Position numbers and translations under genes: made by a program. The notes below the pieces were generated by a model. It was not told where the DNA came from. It was given only the letters and a program-made list of their open reading frames with translations, and ran no database searches. From the NCBI GenBank assembly GCA_037128175.1, contig JBAXWY010000008.1, positions 1 to 64,000 on the forward strand: 64,000 nucleotides of DNA, in the 5' to 3' direction. Of the stretch, positions 61,390-64,000 are shown piece by piece. The DNA is from Methanothrix sp. Lineage in GTDB: Archaea; Halobacteriota; Methanosarcinia; Methanotrichales; Methanotrichaceae. Within the stretch, counting starts at the first letter, position 1. The number at the start of each line of letters is the position of its first letter.

Positions 61390-61839
61390 ATGGATGAGAT
61401 CGACTTAGAACTGCTTTCTGCCGTGCAAGACGGCTTTCCCATAACGTCTCGACCTTTCCGGGATTTAGGCCAGGCCCTGGGACTGGATGAAGAAGAGGTA
61501 ATAACCCGGCTCTCTTGTCTGCAGAAGGAAGGACTGGTGCGCAGGATCGGGCCGGTTCTTGATCTTCGTAAATTGGGCCGCAGCGGAATTTTGGCGGCTC
61601 TAGAAGTATCCTGGGAAGAGGCGGATAGGGCGGCAGAGGTCATTAATGAGTACACTGAGGTCTCGCACAACTATCTGCGTCCCGATGAGAGCGGCTACAA
61701 TCTCTGGTTCACGGTGTCGGCCACAGAGGAGCGAATCCAGGAAATATTGCAGGATATCAAGACTAAGACGGGACGAAAAATGCTGGTTTTGCCTACCCTC
61801 AGGATATTTAAGATCGGCGTTAAGTTCGACATAGTTTGA
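61390..61839 (+). CDS. ahbA: Siroheme decarboxylase alpha subunit
   Basis: Q.GFPI..RPF, RRIG, VSHNYLR, NLWFT and FKIGVKF motifs. Confidence 0.85.
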   Translation: MDEIDLELLSAVQDGFPITSRPFRDLGQALGLDEEEVITRLSCLQKEGLVRRIGPVLDLRKLGRSGILAALEVSWEEADRAAEVINEYTEVSHNYLRPDESGYNLWFTVSATEERIQEILQDIKTKTGRKMLVLPTLRIFKIGVKFDIV

Positions 61840-61908
61840 TAGAAAAATACAGGTCGCAAACTCCGGTCTTCCGGCCGGAGTATATAGTTTCAATGCCTAT
61901 AATCTGCT

Positions 61909-62289
61909 ATGGATGTGCGATCTACACGGCATAGTAAGTATAACCGAAACTATCATCTAGTTTGGATTCCTAAATATAGGCATCCTGTACTTGCCGGAGA
62001 GGTCGCCACTCACCTATCAGACATCTTGCATACAATTGCAGAAAAGAAGGATGTGGAGATACTCAGCTTAGAGATTATGCCGGATCATATACATCTCTTT
62101 GTGTCTTCGCCGCCGCAGAATGCACCGTCTTTGCTCGTTAATTGGTTCAAGGGTATCAGTGCAAGGATGTTCAATTACTGGTACAAAGATACTCATCTGA
62201 AATGGACTAATTCGTACTACGTCGGTACAGCAGGAACAGTTACGGCTGAGACCATCAAGCGATATATCGAGGAACAAAAATCAAAATGA
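61909..62289 (+). CDS. tnpA: IS200/IS605 Y1 HUH transposase
   Basis: YHLVWIPKYR, DHIHL and IKRYIEEQ motifs. Confidence 0.95.
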   Translation: MDVRSTRHSKYNRNYHLVWIPKYRHPVLAGEVATHLSDILHTIAEKKDVEILSLEIMPDHIHLFVSSPPQNAPSLLVNWFKGISARMFNYWYKDTHLKWTNSYYVGTAGTVTAETIKRYIEEQKSK

Positions 62290-63413
62290 AGACTGCCTAC
62301 AAGTTCAGGATGTATCCTAATAGGCAACAAGTAGCCCAATTGGAGCTAACCCTGGATACTTGCAGGTATCTCTATAATCTGGCATTGGCTGACCGGAAGA
62401 ATGTATATGAAACTGAAGGCATTCGCCAAAGCTACGAAGATCAGGCCGCAAAGCTCACAGTAGAAAGAAAGAACGGCAATTTCAACAGCATCTATGCTCA
62501 CTGCCTGCAAGATGTTCTTCGCAGGCTGGATAAGTCTTTCAAAGCGTTCTTCAGAAGGGTCAAGGTCGGAGAAGAACCCGGTTATCCGAGATTCAAGGGG
62601 GAAGGCTGGTACAAGTCTTTCACATACCCTGACTCCGAAACAGGCTACAAGCTTGACGGATCAAAGCTGACGCTCTCCAAGATAGGTTCTATCCGAATAT
62701 TCAAGCATAGGGAAGTTGAAGGCAAGATCAAGACCTGCACCATCAAAAAGGATAATCTAGGTCACTGGTATGCGATCTTGATATCAGAGGTTGAAGATGT
62801 ATCTCCGATTGAGCCAAAGACCGCTATTGGTGTAGATGTGGGCTTGAAGAGTCTGGTTGCTCTTTCCGGCGGTGAGACGGTTGAATATCCACGGTACTAC
62901 GTCATGGCAGAAAAGAAGCTTGCAGCAGCCCAAAGGAACCTCTCTCGAAAAAAGAAGGGTTCGGCCAATAGGCGGAAAGCCAAAGCGAAGGTCGCTAAGA
63001 TCAGTCAAGATGTTCAACACCATAGGGATGAGTTCTTGCATCAATTATCCAAGATGCTCGTAGATTTAGCCGACCTAATTGTATTTGAGAACCTTAATAT
63101 TTCCGGTATGCTCAAGAATCACCATCTAGCAAAGCATATTCAAGACCATGCTTGGGGCAAACTAATTCAGTTCACTCAGAGCAAAGCTGCAAAGGCTGGC
63201 AAAGTGGTAGAACTGGTAGATGCGAGATACACTTCGCAGAAATGCTCCCAATGCGGCATAATGGTTCCTAAGACGCTGGCAGAACGAGTCCATATTTGCC
63301 CTAATTGTGGGCTGGAGATGGACAGAGACATCAATGCCAGCCTGAACATTCGCACCCTCGGACTGAGGGGAAGAGCCTATCGAGATACGGCAAAAGAATC
63401 AGCCGGTCAATGA
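62286..63413 (+). CDS. tnpB: RNA-guided endonuclease TnpB
   Basis: AYKFRMYP, GYPRFK, RuvC GVDVG / FENL / DRDINA and zinc finger CSQC...CPNC. Confidence 0.95.
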   Translation: MKTAYKFRMYPNRQQVAQLELTLDTCRYLYNLALADRKNVYETEGIRQSYEDQAAKLTVERKNGNFNSIYAHCLQDVLRRLDKSFKAFFRRVKVGEEPGYPRFKGEGWYKSFTYPDSETGYKLDGSKLTLSKIGSIRIFKHREVEGKIKTCTIKKDNLGHWYAILISEVEDVSPIEPKTAIGVDVGLKSLVALSGGETVEYPRYYVMAEKKLAAAQRNLSRKKKGSANRRKAKAKVAKISQDVQHHRDEFLHQLSKMLVDLADLIVFENLNISGMLKNHHLAKHIQDHAWGKLIQFTQSKAAKAGKVVELVDARYTSQKCSQCGIMVPKTLAERVHICPNCGLEMDRDINASLNIRTLGLRGRAYRDTAKESAGQ

Positions 63414-63486
63414 AGTAGGAAGCCCTGGTCTTTAGGCCAGGGAGGAAGTCACAATTTGATATACCTGGAAGTGCATCGATTAGATT

Positions 63487-63759
63487 ATGGCTAAACTCAA
63501 ACTGATGGACTTTTATGCGGACTGGTGCGGACCATGCAAGATGCAGGGTCCCATCTTCGAGGATCTGGCCAAGGATTTCAGCGATAAGGTGGAATTTCAA
63601 AAGATCAATGTGGACAAGGAGGGCGACCTGGCTATCGAGAAGGGCATCATGGTTGTGCCCACCATCATCCTGGAGAAGGACGGCGTGGAAGTACAGAAGT
63701 GGATGGGCGTCACGTCCAAAGAAGAGCTGATAAAAGCCATCAACATAGCCCTGAAGTGA
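63487..63759 (+). CDS. Thioredoxin
   Basis: DFYADWCGPCK motif. Confidence 0.93.
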   Translation: MAKLKLMDFYADWCGPCKMQGPIFEDLAKDFSDKVEFQKINVDKEGDLAIEKGIMVVPTIILEKDGVEVQKWMGVTSKEELIKAINIALK

Positions 63760-63786
63760 GATAAAAAGCAAGGAGAGGAAAGAGGA

Positions 63787-64000
63787 GTGGGAGAGACAAC
63801 GGGCGGGGACGGTTGCCTGGAGGCGGTGCGAAGGATCAACAGCCGAGGAGGTTGTGCGCCTCATCTCGCCCTGCGCTTCGACTCTCACCTTTTTTCTATA
63901 GATACCAGCCGCGCTCTCAAAGCCAGCGTGCAGCCTGATGCCTATCTCATCACTCATGCCCATAGCGATCACTATGGCAAATCGGCCATGAACTCCCCGC
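63787..64000 (+). CDS. MBL-fold metallo-hydrolase (partial, runs off the window end)
   Basis: Open frame from GTG 63787 (AGAGGA upstream) encoding PDAYLITHAHSDHYGK (HxHxDH). Confidence 0.8.
   Translation, partial: MGETTGGDGCLEAVRRINSRGGCAPHLALRFDSHLFSIDTSRALKASVQPDAYLITHAHSDHYGKSAMNSP

Larger units (their letters stand above)
61841..63452 (+). mobile_element. Complete IS200/IS605 (IS605-group) element
   Basis: TTGAT at 61836-61840, left hairpin CTCCGGTC-TTCC-GGCCGGAG (61861-61880), tnpA-tnpB, right hairpin CCCTGGTC-TTTA-GGCCAGGG and end GTCAC at 63452. Confidence 0.9.

Overview
Archaeal chromosomal DNA, most consistent with a Methanosarcinales methanogen of the Methanothrix type. This is an inference from fae-hps, aksA-like, mfnD-like, DUF2099, ahbA/ahbD, gamma-carbonic anhydrase, Lsm-rpl37e-purF and many Asn/Thr-rich secreted proteins. 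Positions 184-13032 hold a surface-glycan cluster (4 GT4, 2 GT2, 2 methyltransferases, a flippase, rmlACBD). The rest is mostly housekeeping and cofactor genes plus secreted proteins. Three IS200/IS605 right ends are present: a tnpB tail at the window start, an orphan omega-RNA-like relic at 14346-14450, and a complete tnpA-tnpB element at 61841-63452. The most notable observations are: (1) a ~450-nt intergenic segment (31955-32410) with its own TATA box, many helices and UUCG loops, which looks like an unassigned large structured ncRNA; (2) a Dph6-glutamine amidotransferase fusion; (3) ACCACAGAG-type repeats forming 26-bp inverted repeats around a GC-rich gene; (4) a tandem duplication of an OFA-family MFS transporter with its promoter region and the first codons of the carbonic anhydrase; (5) an AT-rich gene pair with SHOCT-like repeats; (6) a degenerate, truncated DNA ligase. 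All calls are by eye; no database searches or folding programs were run.
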